The notes under the pieces: generated by a model | What the model saw: only the letters and a program-made list of their open reading frames with translations | What the model was told of the DNA's origin: nothing | Database searches by the model: none | Assembly: GCA_965224085.1 (NCBI GenBank) | Contig: CBDCYI010000009.1 | Coordinates: 32,001-96,000 of the forward strand | From: Candidatus Marinacidobacterales bacterium | Lineage (GTDB): Bacteria > Acidobacteriota > Vicinamibacteria > Marinacidobacterales > SMYC01 | DNA length: 64,000 bases | Direction of reading: 5' to 3' | Shown: positions 1 to 9,542 of the stretch, piece by piece | How positions within the stretch are numbered: the first letter of the stretch is position 1 | How the letters are laid out: the number at the start of each line of letters is the position of its first letter | Made by a program: the position numbers and the translations under genes

Positions 1-382
1 CCCGGCTCGAACGACCACCCGTCGATACCCTAATCGCAAAATCTTCGAAGCACGAAAACGCGAAACAGCCGCACTGGGCGCAGGCGAGAAGCTCATGCTG
101 GGGCACCCGCTCGCCGCCACTATAGGTGATTCTGCACGGTGTATGCAGAACCTGGAAAAGGTGCTATTCACGGGGCCAAAGACCTCAGACACGGTGACGT
201 TTATTTGCGATTAGGGTTAAAAAGGGCCGCGTTTTGGCACAGGACGGGATCGCGAAACACTGACGCCGCGTGATCGCCGGGGCGCTAGTTCCCGCGAATG
301 CTGCGATAACTGAAAAACGCGCGGATCAAATCGGAAAATATGGGTTCCTGACAGGTGCGGGCGCACGTCGGCGAGTTCTGTG

Positions 383-1996
383 CTAGCCTATACTGGCGCG
401 GCGCTCACGAAGCAGGCTGGCTGGTTGTTGTCGGCGTCGCCCAACAAGGAGGTTTCGATGACTCGACGACGTAGTTGGAACGCGGTGTGCGCAATGTTTG
501 TCGAGGTCGTAATATAGACGCAGATCGAACGCGTCGCTATCCATGACGAGCCGTTCGCCTTCCAGCTCGTCGTGCTCGTCATACGCTTCCAGCGTCATTC
601 GAACGACCGTGCCCTCTTGCCGCGCCGCCGTCACAAGCACCTGGCTGTTTCGGATGACCCAGTGCGCCACGAGAACCTTCTTCTCTTCGTAGGTGCCGGC
701 TACGACACGAACGACTTCGTACTCGTTGACGAGCAGAGCCCGTCGGTAAGGAAGGATCGACCCGGGCGTAGGAATCGGGGCGCTTGCGAGCACCCGAGCC
801 TCGACGACCAGCCGGCCGCTCGCCGTTTCGGCCGTTGACGGGCGCCCTGACCCGCGCTCGATGTCGCGCACCACCCCCGCCGCAGGTTGCTCGGTTGGAT
901 CAATCCACGCATCTGGATAGAAGTCGGCGCGACGGTTGGATGTGACCCGGACCCACTCTTCGACGGACACAAAATCCGCTGCGAAGCGGCCAAGGTAGAT
1001 CTCGACTTGCTGACCACCACCACGGATCTTGTTCGCGTCGTCGCCCACGGTATAGGGGCCAGTCACAGCGAGGAACCGGGGATGGTTGGTCCAGCGTGGA
1101 TGATAAATCTCGTAGCCCTCAATCCCGGGTGCATTGTTTATGTTGACCTGCCACCGTTCGTCCCGCTCCATATCCACCATCGTCAGATTGCGGTGAGATC
1201 CGTCGAAGTACCAGAACAGTGAGCTGCCGTGACCCGCGAATGCGGTCCAGCATCCCCGTCCGATACGGCGCCAGGAGCCGTTGGGCAGCTCCACCACACC
1301 GGCACTAGGCCAGGGGAACAGGCCTCCGGCGAGGCGACCGTCGGCGGACAGCTGGAAGCTGTTGTTGTTCACCGGCCGCTTGTCCCAGACGACTTCGCTC
1401 ACGTCCCATCGGTCGATCTGGTACCGCGTGACGATTCGATACGAGGGAGCTCGGGTCGGCGCTTCATTCGTGCCCATGTAGACCCATTCGATTCGCGTCT
1501 CGGGGTCGATCCAGGTTGCGAGGGAAAACCCTTCGCCGAGCCGTCTCAGGCCGGATCCGTCCCAGTTCACGACGAAGGCGCTCTTCTGCTGATGGTCCGA
1601 GAACACCACCCGGTTGCCGAGAGGGGTGATCAGGGGTTTGGCATAGTTGGCCGGTGTGTCGAGGATAGCTCGCTCGCCAAGTCGGTCGTGGGTGTCAAAG
1701 CCCATCAAGATCAACTGCCCGCCCGCGCTGAGGATATCCGTCCCGTCGGCGACATCCTGGGTCCAGACGACCCGGGTTCGAGCCCCGGTCAGGCTCCGTA
1801 GCGCACCCGGCTCCGCCGACGCATCGTGCTTGCTCCCATCAGCCTCGTTGCGTTCGATGACACCACGAGCGCCCGCACGTGGCGTGCGAGTATCCGCCAG
1901 GCTGTCGTCACGCTGACTCTTTTGCCATGGGCCGGGGGATCCGCACGCCAGAGAGAGAACGAGCCAGGCCGCCGAGGCTACCCCCAACAAAGGCAA
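383..1996 (-). CDS. Probable lipoprotein with TolB/PD40-like beta-propeller region and an uncharacterised C-terminal domain
   Basis: The ORF track gives 383..2557, but its first ~180 aa overlap the opposite-strand amidohydrolase. A hydrophobic stretch ending in the lipobox-like LSLAC follows a TTG at 1996, so the start is approximate. Propeller-like motifs: PLITPLGNRVVFS, VVNWDGSGLRRL, YHPRWTNHP. Confidence 0.65.
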   Translation of the reverse strand: MPLLGVASAAWLVLSLACGSPGPWQKSQRDDSLADTRTPRAGARGVIERNEADGSKHDASAEPGALRSLTGARTRVVWTQDVADGTDILSAGGQLILMGFDTHDRLGERAILDTPANYAKPLITPLGNRVVFSDHQQKSAFVVNWDGSGLRRLGEGFSLATWIDPETRIEWVYMGTNEAPTRAPSYRIVTRYQIDRWDVSEVVWDKRPVNNNSFQLSADGRLAGGLFPWPSAGVVELPNGSWRRIGRGCWTAFAGHGSSLFWYFDGSHRNLTMVDMERDERWQVNINNAPGIEGYEIYHPRWTNHPRFLAVTGPYTVGDDANKIRGGGQQVEIYLGRFAADFVSVEEWVRVTSNRRADFYPDAWIDPTEQPAAGVVRDIERGSGRPSTAETASGRLVVEARVLASAPIPTPGSILPYRRALLVNEYEVVRVVAGTYEEKKVLVAHWVIRNSQVLVTAARQEGTVVRMTLEAYDEHDELEGERLVMDSDAFDLRLYYDLDKHCAHRVPTTSSSHRNLLVGRRRQQPASLLRERRASIG

Positions 1997-2071
1997 CCTC
2001 TTGGAGGCCGATTGGAAGGCGCGGCGGGAGACCCAGCATAACGGCCGGCGTTTCGCGTACAGGAGGAACCG

Positions 2072-3484
2072 ATGAAACGTGTCATTTTTCTCGCTATCAC
2101 AATCCTCGCCTTCCAGAGCAACGTGGCCCGGTCTCAATTCGCCGACGAGCTCTCGCCGGCCGTGTTGGAATTCGTGCGCGTTCGGGCTCCCGTCTTCGCT
2201 CTGACGAACGTCCGCGTGGTGGATGGCACCGGCGCCCCTCCGCAGGCCGGTCAGACGATCGTGGTGGAACGGGGTCGGATCACCGCCGTCGGCGCTACGA
2301 GTGAGGTCCCTGTCCCGAGCGGAGCCGAGGTGCTGGATCTTACCGGACACACGGTGATCCCCGGTCTCGTCGGCATGCACGATCACACCGACTACGCGGG
2401 AGCTCGGGCGCGGCTGACGTTGAGCTTCAGCGCGCCCAGGATCTACCTGGCGTCCGGTCTCACGACGATACGTACCACCGGAAGCCTGTCGCCCTACACG
2501 GAGATCAACTTGAAGAAAGGCATCGAGGCGGGCGAGTTGGTGGGTCCCCGAATGCACATCACCGGTCCGCGGCTGAGCGAGGGGCTTCGAAACTACTCAC
2601 CCTCCTCCCCCGAGGACGCTCGCCGGATGGTGCGCTACTGGGTCGAGGAGGGCGCCACGTGGATCAAAGCCCACAGCCGAATCAGCCGGGAGAACCTGAA
2701 AGCCGCGATCGATGAGGCTCATCGTCAGGGCATCAACTTCACCGGCCATCTCTGCTCGGTGACGTTCGGCGAGGCCGTCGAGCTGGGTATCGACAACCTG
2801 GAGCACGGGCTGCTCGTCGCATCGGACTTCGATCCCGCGAAGCAGTCGGACGTCTGCCCCCCCATGCAGCGGGCTAGCCTCGCGAACGTCGAGATCGGGA
2901 GCGACGAAGTGAAATCCTTGATCCAGCGCATGGTGGACAAAGGCGTGGCGGTGACGTCGACCCTGGCCGTCGTCGAGCAGATGGTCCCCGGGCGGCCGGT
3001 CGAGGATCGCGTGCTGGAGATCATGGCTCCCGAGGTCCGTGAGGCTTTTCTGGAGCGCCACCGCGCCGTGCAGGAATCGGCCCCCGAATCCTTCATGCCG
3101 CAGGTCTGGACGCGGGTGCTGGCCTTCGAAAAGGCTTTCGCCGACGCGGGCGGCCTTCTGGCGGCAGGTGTCGACCCGACGGGAAACGGGGGAGCCCTTC
3201 CGGGCTTCGGGGATCAGCGCAATTTCGAGCTGCTGATTGAGGCCGGCTTCACTCCCGTTCAGGCGATCGAGATCATGACCGCTAACGGCGCAAGGATCCT
3301 AGGAGAATACGATCGACTGGGATCCGTCTCCGAAGGCAAGCTCGCCGACCTGGTGGTCCTAAAGGGCGATCCGATCGCGAACCCGGCCGACATTCGCAAC
3401 ACCACCATTGTGTTCAAAGACGGCGTCGGCTACGACGCGCCGAAGATTCTGGAATCGGTGAAGGGGATCGTCGGCGCCCGCTGA
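2072..3484 (+). CDS. Exported metal-dependent amidohydrolase (imidazolonepropionase-like superfamily)
   Basis: RBS AGGAGG, signal peptide, PGLVGMHDH (HxH), WIKAH, GHL, NLEHG, AGVD, GSVSEGKLADLVVL. Confidence 0.9.
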   Translation: MKRVIFLAITILAFQSNVARSQFADELSPAVLEFVRVRAPVFALTNVRVVDGTGAPPQAGQTIVVERGRITAVGATSEVPVPSGAEVLDLTGHTVIPGLVGMHDHTDYAGARARLTLSFSAPRIYLASGLTTIRTTGSLSPYTEINLKKGIEAGELVGPRMHITGPRLSEGLRNYSPSSPEDARRMVRYWVEEGATWIKAHSRISRENLKAAIDEAHRQGINFTGHLCSVTFGEAVELGIDNLEHGLLVASDFDPAKQSDVCPPMQRASLANVEIGSDEVKSLIQRMVDKGVAVTSTLAVVEQMVPGRPVEDRVLEIMAPEVREAFLERHRAVQESAPESFMPQVWTRVLAFEKAFADAGGLLAAGVDPTGNGGALPGFGDQRNFELLIEAGFTPVQAIEIMTANGARILGEYDRLGSVSEGKLADLVVLKGDPIANPADIRNTTIVFKDGVGYDAPKILESVKGIVGAR

Positions 3485-3496
3485 ACCGACGCGTAA

Positions 3497-3528
3497 CGAA
3501 GCGCTGGGCTCATCGGGCGAGCGCTTCG
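3497..3528. terminator. Hairpin between convergent genes (possible bidirectional terminator or REP-like element)
   Basis: CGAAGCGCT-N14-AGCGCTTCG, a 9-bp stem with no U-tract. Confidence 0.35.
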
Positions 3529-3572
3529 AGCACGGGCCGCACGCTGTCGGCAGAGGACTCCAGTCGAGTGCT

Positions 3573-4577
3573 TCACGAGCTGGGCGTGGCGCATGGAACG
3601 AGGCCCTCACCCCGAACGAAAGGCTGTATGTGCTGGTGGACGATTTGTGCCGCCAAACGATGGCCTTCCGGGTTGAAGTGAGACTCGTCCACAAAAAGCT
3701 CGTCACGATCCCTGAAGTGCGTGTACAGATCGACCAGCGGCAGATCGAGGCGCTTGGCCACCTCCGCAGTCATGGCGTTGTACTCGTGAGCGAAGGACTT
3801 CCATCGGATCACCGGCGGCATATTGCCGTAGTAGGGCCGCGTAAGAAGGACCGGCACTGCACCGTCCGAGCGAACGCGCTTCGCCATCTTTTCCAAGTTG
3901 CTGCGATAGTCCTCTAGGCTGACGCGGCGGGTTATCTCGCCCATGCGCATCACGGTGAGTTGGGTCAGCACTCCCGTGGCTAGCCTCGCCACACGAGAAG
4001 GATAGGTGAGCCCCTCCAACCTGCGGGACCACATGGATCGGGCCATGTATTGTTTGTCCGGCACGGTAGTGGGATGGGCATCATTTGATCCGAAGCTGAT
4101 GAGCACCATATCCGGTTGAAACTTTCGTACTTCCTCGAGACGTAGGACTCCTTGGTCCGAGGTGTAGCCCGTGACGCCGGCGTTCACCACCTGAAAAAGA
4201 CCGCAAGACTCGTCAAGGATGCGGTGCAGGTCTTCCGGCCAGCTCGCCTCCGGGGATCCCAACGTGTTGGAGTCCCCGAGAGCAAAGATCCGAAATTCCC
4301 CATCACGCTTTGCGGTCTCCAACTCGGGTCCACGATAGCCCTGCCCGTTGAAGGGCTCGTAACTCGGCCTCGGACGCCAAAGAAGATCGGGATCGTAGAT
4401 GAAATGCCTATCGTCGAAGCTGTGCGAGTAGCGATGATAGGTAGTGCCGAATTTGATCTTGAGCGGCTGATACTCGTAGCCCGTCCAGCGTAACAGGATC
4501 TCGGCCGCGAACAGGCTGGCGAACACGCTCCCGATGAGGAGACAGAACTTCGAGACCCAGCGAGGAGGAGTCTTCAC
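3573..4577 (-). CDS. Membrane-anchored SGNH/GDSL hydrolase family protein
   Basis: N-terminal TM helix, GDSNTLG, NAGVTGYTS, GSND, DESHF. The GTG start at 4577 overlaps the ankyrin stop (GTGA). Confidence 0.85.
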   Translation of the reverse strand: MKTPPRWVSKFCLLIGSVFASLFAAEILLRWTGYEYQPLKIKFGTTYHRYSHSFDDRHFIYDPDLLWRPRPSYEPFNGQGYRGPELETAKRDGEFRIFALGDSNTLGSPEASWPEDLHRILDESCGLFQVVNAGVTGYTSDQGVLRLEEVRKFQPDMVLISFGSNDAHPTTVPDKQYMARSMWSRRLEGLTYPSRVARLATGVLTQLTVMRMGEITRRVSLEDYRSNLEKMAKRVRSDGAVPVLLTRPYYGNMPPVIRWKSFAHEYNAMTAEVAKRLDLPLVDLYTHFRDRDELFVDESHFNPEGHRLAAQIVHQHIQPFVRGEGLVPCATPSS

Positions 4578-5143
4578 GATCCGTTTGGGCCTGTGGAAGT
4601 GCCGTCGGATAAGAGTTGCGCCACCGTTTCGTGCCCGATGACCTTGGCCCACCAAGCCGCGTCCACACCATCGATGCTCAGGTCACGAGCTCCCGACCGC
4701 AACAAGAAACGCACCATCTGCGCATCGCCTCTCTGCGCGGCTCGAATGAGCGGGCTGAGCCCCGCCTTGCTCGCGGCGTTCGCGTCGGCGCCTGCCTCCA
4801 GCAGCGTTTGTAGAACGACGCGGTACCCTTCTATCGCGGCAAACATGGACGGAGTCCACGCGGTTTTGGTCGGTAGATTGACGTTCGCACCCGAGTGGAT
4901 GAGTATGCGAACCATCCGGTCGTTGCCGTTTCGGGCGGCGTAGGTCAACGGTGTCCAGCCGTCCAGATCGGCCACGTTCACGTCCGCCCCATGCCTGACG
5001 AGTTCGCGAATCGACCTTTGCTGTTCTCCCTCGACCGCTTGGATCAAAGCGGTCTTCCCATTACGGTTGGGCTCGTTGGGATCCACACCGACTGCAAGGA
5101 GGACTTTGAGCAAAGGGATGTGTCCTTGGTTGGCTGCTTTAGT
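4574..5143 (-). pseudogene. Ankyrin-repeat protein, 5'-truncated at the IS end
   Basis: Ankyrin repeats GKTALIQA, GWTPLTYA, GLSPLIRA. The frame continues upstream of the called TTG as TKAANQGHIPLLKVLL, mid-repeat, and runs into the IS terminus with no start or RBS. Confidence 0.75.
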
Positions 5144-6831
5144 TAGTTCCTGTCCAGAAACACCATAACTTGTGGTGTACGAGAGGCCTATCGAAGATGT
5201 GGGTATTATACGTTTTCAGTCGGCACCTCGTAGGCTCGGAAGCGAATGAAAATCTTGGACGAAACGAGAGGCGAATCGTCAGCAATCCATGGCTATAAAC
5301 GCAGTAAGAGTAATCATTATTATCGTAATAGGTGCCTTGCCATTACCAACAGGTTGCAGGTGATGATGGAACTCCATACGTAGGATTTGAAAGAAGGCAA
5401 TGAGCGCCATGTGCATCGGTCGAGACCAAAGACTCGTTTCAAGAACGAAATGACGCCTTCGATTCCGCAGCGAAATCGCCGTAGGCGTTGATAGACCCAG
5501 GAACTCTTGACCATATCGGTCACCGCGAAGTGAGCCTTGGTAAAGGCAACATCTTCAACTCCCTTGCCTTTGATGGCTTCCAAGTTTGCCTTTGAAGAAA
5601 ACGCGCCATCGTAGGCAACCTGGCGCGGGGCCCGTTCGTAGAGTTCGACTTGACGGTCGATCATGGTTTCCGCGAGAGTTGAATCGGACGGATTCCCATC
5701 CAAGATCACGCAATCCAAAATCATCGAGGACGAGCCACCAGTCAAACACACCTTGTGACCGTAGAGAGTCTCGCGCCGGTCTTTGCGAATAATGTCGGTG
5801 TGTTCTTCGAAGATCGAAACGACCTTTTCCTCCGCAGGCACACGCTCTTCATCAATCACTCTACGCCGAGTTTGGTTGATGACTTTTTCGGTGAGGACGA
5901 GAAAGTGCTTAAAATCCGCGGCGATCTTCTCCGCACTCGCTCGCTTCACCGGCTCGGTCAAGCCGGACTCGTCCAACTGGTCTGCAACGCGTTGAGCGGA
6001 GCGATAGGTTTCTTCCGACACCTTCAGTAGATCTCGATAGACGCGACGCCTTTGTTCCTTATCCTTCGCGTTTAGAACTCCCAGTCGACGTCTCTTCGCT
6101 CGACGCGTTCGATTGCCGAAGACCACTACTGTACCCAGCAGTTCGCGAGTTCGGCACATGAGGCGAGTGAGAACTCGGACGCAGTCATAAAGAAGCTCGG
6201 AGTCCGTAGGAGAATGAATATTCGACTCCACTACCGTGCAGTCCACTCGTACTTTTCTTCCTTTTTCGATCGCGGTCTTCTCGGCAACACTCACCAACTC
6301 TCGGTTGATTTTCTCCAGCGTTTCGAACTTCACGGCTTTGATGTTTGCTGCTAGGGTCGACTTCGACGGGCTCGGCTCTATGATGCCGAGCTGGCAAAAC
6401 GTCCGATAGCTTCGAGAGTCTGCCAAGTGAAACGCCAGCTCCCGATAGGTGAACTGATTCAGCTGCTTGACCAACAACGCCCGGAGAACCTGCTCCGCGC
6501 TCATTCCCCCACGACCAACATCGCTCCCTGCCGATGGGGTGACCGACCTCAGGTCTTGCAGTACCAGCTCATTCAGCTTAGGATGGGCATCGAGCAGCGA
6601 TGATATCGTTTCGAGCTCGCGTGCGTGCTCCAGCTCCAGCCAGGGCTCGCGAAGGCTTGGTTGTGGGTTGATCGTTTTTCGCATTTAGGGCTGGTCTCCT
6701 TTGGAGTTAAGTCGTTTAGAATCTGCGTTTTTGTCGACTCGATACTAAACGACACTCCCTCAGAAGGCTAGCCCTAAATTTGCGATTACCCCTTTTTTCT
6801 CAACCTCTTACACCTGTCAGGACGGGTACTA
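5144..6831 (-). mobile_element. Insertion sequence copy 1 (ISNCY/IS5-like DDE element, ~1.69 kb)
   Basis: Imperfect terminal IRs TAGTTCCTGTCCAGAAA (5144-5160) and TGTCAGGACGGGTACTA (6815-6831), 13/17 match, around one transposase ORF. The true ends may lie 2 bp inward. Confidence 0.9.
5320..6684 (-). CDS. DDE transposase (ISNCY/IS5-like), copy 1
   Basis: 454 aa; RVDCTVVESNIHSPTDS, KVVSIFEEHTDII, AYDGAF, RCGIEGVISFLKR; RBS AAGGAG. Confidence 0.93.
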   Translation of the reverse strand: MRKTINPQPSLREPWLELEHARELETISSLLDAHPKLNELVLQDLRSVTPSAGSDVGRGGMSAEQVLRALLVKQLNQFTYRELAFHLADSRSYRTFCQLGIIEPSPSKSTLAANIKAVKFETLEKINRELVSVAEKTAIEKGRKVRVDCTVVESNIHSPTDSELLYDCVRVLTRLMCRTRELLGTVVVFGNRTRRAKRRRLGVLNAKDKEQRRRVYRDLLKVSEETYRSAQRVADQLDESGLTEPVKRASAEKIAADFKHFLVLTEKVINQTRRRVIDEERVPAEEKVVSIFEEHTDIIRKDRRETLYGHKVCLTGGSSSMILDCVILDGNPSDSTLAETMIDRQVELYERAPRQVAYDGAFSSKANLEAIKGKGVEDVAFTKAHFAVTDMVKSSWVYQRLRRFRCGIEGVISFLKRVFGLDRCTWRSLPSFKSYVWSSIITCNLLVMARHLLR

Positions 6832-6833
6832 GC

Positions 6834-8521
6834 TAGTTCCTGTCCAGAAACACCATAACTTGTGGTGTACGAGAGGCCTATCGAAGATGTGGGTATTATA
6901 CGTTTTCAGTCGGCACCTCGTAGGCTCGGAAGCGAATGAAAATCTTGGACGAAACGAGAGGCGAATCGTCAGCAATCCATGGCTATAAACGCAGTAAGAG
7001 TAATCATTATTATCGTAATAGGTGCCTTGCCATTACCAACAGGTTGCAGGTGATGATGGAACTCCATACGTAGGATTTGAAAGAAGGCAATGAGCGCCAT
7101 GTGCATCGGTCGAGACCAAAGACTCGTTTCAAGAACGAAATGACGCCTTCGATTCCGCAGCGAAATCGCCGTAGGCGTTGATAGACCCAGGAACTCTTGA
7201 CCATATCGGTCACCGCGAAGTGAGCCTTGGTAAAGGCAACATCTTCAACTCCCTTGCCTTTGATGGCTTCCAAGTTTGCCTTTGAAGAAAACGCGCCATC
7301 GTAGGCAACCTGGCGCGGGGCCCGTTCGTAGAGTTCGACTTGACGGTCGATCATGGTTTCCGCGAGAGTTGAATCGGACGGATTCCCATCCAAGATCACG
7401 CAATCCAAAATCATCGAGGACGAGCCACCAGTCAAACACACCTTGTGACCGTAGAGAGTCTCGCGCCGGTCTTTGCGAATAATGTCGGTGTGTTCTTCGA
7501 AGATCGAAACGACCTTTTCCTCCGCAGGCACACGCTCTTCATCAATCACTCTACGCCGAGTTTGGTTGATGACTTTTTCGGTGAGGACGAGAAAGTGCTT
7601 AAAATCCGCGGCGATCTTCTCCGCACTCGCTCGCTTCACCGGCTCGGTCAAGCCGGACTCGTCCAACTGGTCTGCAACGCGTTGAGCGGAGCGATAGGTT
7701 TCTTCCGACACCTTCAGTAGATCTCGATAGACGCGACGCCTTTGTTCCTTATCCTTCGCGTTTAGAACTCCCAGTCGACGTCTCTTCGCTCGACGCGTTC
7801 GATTGCCGAAGACCACTACTGTACCCAGCAGTTCGCGAGTTCGGCACATGAGGCGAGTGAGAACTCGGACGCAGTCATAAAGAAGCTCGGAGTCCGTAGG
7901 AGAATGAATATTCGACTCCACTACCGTGCAGTCCACTCGTACTTTTCTTCCTTTTTCGATCGCGGTCTTCTCGGCAACACTCACCAACTCTCGGTTGATT
8001 TTCTCCAGCGTTTCGAACTTCACGGCTTTGATGTTTGCTGCTAGGGTCGACTTCGACGGGCTCGGCTCTATGATGCCGAGCTGGCAAAACGTCCGATAGC
8101 TTCGAGAGTCTGCCAAGTGAAACGCCAGCTCCCGATAGGTGAACTGATTCAGCTGCTTGACCAACAACGCCCGGAGAACCTGCTCCGCGCTCATTCCCCC
8201 ACGACCAACATCGCTCCCTGCCGATGGGGTGACCGACCTCAGGTCTTGCAGTACCAGCTCATTCAGCTTAGGATGGGCATCGAGCAGCGATGATATCGTT
8301 TCGAGCTCGCGTGCGTGCTCCAGCTCCAGCCAGGGCTCGCGAAGGCTTGGTTGTGGGTTGATCGTTTTTCGCATTTAGGGCTGGTCTCCTTTGGAGTTAA
8401 GTCGTTTAGAATCTGCGTTTTTGTCGACTCGATACTAAACGACACTCCCTCAGAAGGCTAGCCCTAAATTTGCGATTACCCCTTTTTTCTCAACCTCTTA
8501 CACCTGTCAGGACGGGTACTA
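6834..8521 (-). mobile_element. Insertion sequence copy 2, tandem direct repeat of copy 1
   Basis: Same sequence shifted by 1690 bp; every ORF in the track recurs with an identical translation. Confidence 0.9.
7010..8374 (-). CDS. DDE transposase (ISNCY/IS5-like), copy 2
   Basis: Translation identical to 5320..6684. Confidence 0.93.
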   Translation of the reverse strand: MRKTINPQPSLREPWLELEHARELETISSLLDAHPKLNELVLQDLRSVTPSAGSDVGRGGMSAEQVLRALLVKQLNQFTYRELAFHLADSRSYRTFCQLGIIEPSPSKSTLAANIKAVKFETLEKINRELVSVAEKTAIEKGRKVRVDCTVVESNIHSPTDSELLYDCVRVLTRLMCRTRELLGTVVVFGNRTRRAKRRRLGVLNAKDKEQRRRVYRDLLKVSEETYRSAQRVADQLDESGLTEPVKRASAEKIAADFKHFLVLTEKVINQTRRRVIDEERVPAEEKVVSIFEEHTDIIRKDRRETLYGHKVCLTGGSSSMILDCVILDGNPSDSTLAETMIDRQVELYERAPRQVAYDGAFSSKANLEAIKGKGVEDVAFTKAHFAVTDMVKSSWVYQRLRRFRCGIEGVISFLKRVFGLDRCTWRSLPSFKSYVWSSIITCNLLVMARHLLR

Positions 8522-8522
8522 G

Positions 8523-9542
8523 CTAGTTCGCAGTCACTTTGCGAACGCGTTCGGTCTCCTGCCGAAGGCGCTCGAGCAGCTCGTCGCCCCCTTCGAGACT
8601 AGAGGCCAGCTCTTCCCACACCCGGGGACGGACGATGGGCTCGAACGCATCGAGCGACGGGCGAGAAACCACCACGCCCGCGGATTCCATCTCCGCGATC
8701 GCGTCTCGCTCGAGCTCGCGGGCCACTTCCGACTGGTACGAGAGGGCCTCGGCGGCGGAGCGGTCCAGGCTCCGTTGCACGTCTTCGGGGAGGGAGCGGT
8801 AGAAGCGCTCGTTCACGAGCAGCGTGATCGGGTTGTAGGTGATGGAGGTGAAGCTGAAGTAGTTGCCCACCTCTGAAAAACGGTCGGTTACGAAGCCGAT
8901 GACGTTCGCTTCGCCACCGTCGATGACGCCCTGCTGGAGAGCCGAGTACACCTCACCGTAGCTCATCGGAGTCGCCTGGACACCGAAGGCCTCGTAGGCG
9001 GAGAGATAGGTAGCATTCTGGAGCACGCGAAGTTTCAAGCCCACGAGATCGGAAGGCTCGTTGATGGGCCGCTTGCTGTTGTATACGTGCCGGAATCCGT
9101 AGTCGAGAAACCCGACAGAGCGAACACCGGTTCTCTCGAGAAGCTGCTCGCGCCACCAGTTTCCCAGCGGACCGTTGAGAACCTGCAGGCCTTCGTCGCG
9201 CGTCTCGAAGGTAAAGGGCAGATCGAAGATCTGTCCTTCCGGCACCCAGCCGGAGAGCACCGGCGTTCCGGAGATGGCCATGTGCGTGGCACCCGCCTGA
9301 AGCTGCTCGAACGCTGCCCGCTCGCCGCCCAGCTGAGCCGACGGGTAGATGACGACGCGGAATCTCCCGTCTGTTCTCTCGTCCATGAGATCGCGGATAC
9401 GCTCGGCCATCAGCTGGTAGTCCGACGCGCTCGTGTAGACGTGCGTGAAACGCACGTGCCATATGTCTTCGGACACCTCCGGTTGGCAGGCGGCCTGAGC
9501 GAGCAAGCCGCCGAGCACGAGAGGAACGACTCGCTCGATCAA
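8523..9542 (-). CDS. dctP: TRAP transporter substrate-binding protein (DctP family), probable lipoprotein
   Basis: IYPSAQLGGE, FDLPF, GFRHV, DLVGLKLRV, EVYSALQQGVIDGGE; signal ending QAAC. Confidence 0.92.
   Translation of the reverse strand: MIERVVPLVLGGLLAQAACQPEVSEDIWHVRFTHVYTSASDYQLMAERIRDLMDERTDGRFRVVIYPSAQLGGERAAFEQLQAGATHMAISGTPVLSGWVPEGQIFDLPFTFETRDEGLQVLNGPLGNWWREQLLERTGVRSVGFLDYGFRHVYNSKRPINEPSDLVGLKLRVLQNATYLSAYEAFGVQATPMSYGEVYSALQQGVIDGGEANVIGFVTDRFSEVGNYFSFTSITYNPITLLVNERFYRSLPEDVQRSLDRSAAEALSYQSEVARELERDAIAEMESAGVVVSRPSLDAFEPIVRPRVWEELASSLEGGDELLERLRQETERVRKVTAN

Noticed and set aside
346-357. TCCTGACAGGTG matching the IS right end
   Set aside because: Only 12 bp and lacking the terminal bases; expected by chance in 64 kb.
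1997-2557. N-terminal extension of the 724-aa ORF
   Set aside because: It is mostly antisense to the well-supported amidohydrolase; the lipoprotein signal lies downstream.
6800-6870. Hybrid promoter at the IS-IS junction
   Set aside because: A TGGACA -35-like hexamer is present, but no acceptable -10 at 16-18 bp on either strand.
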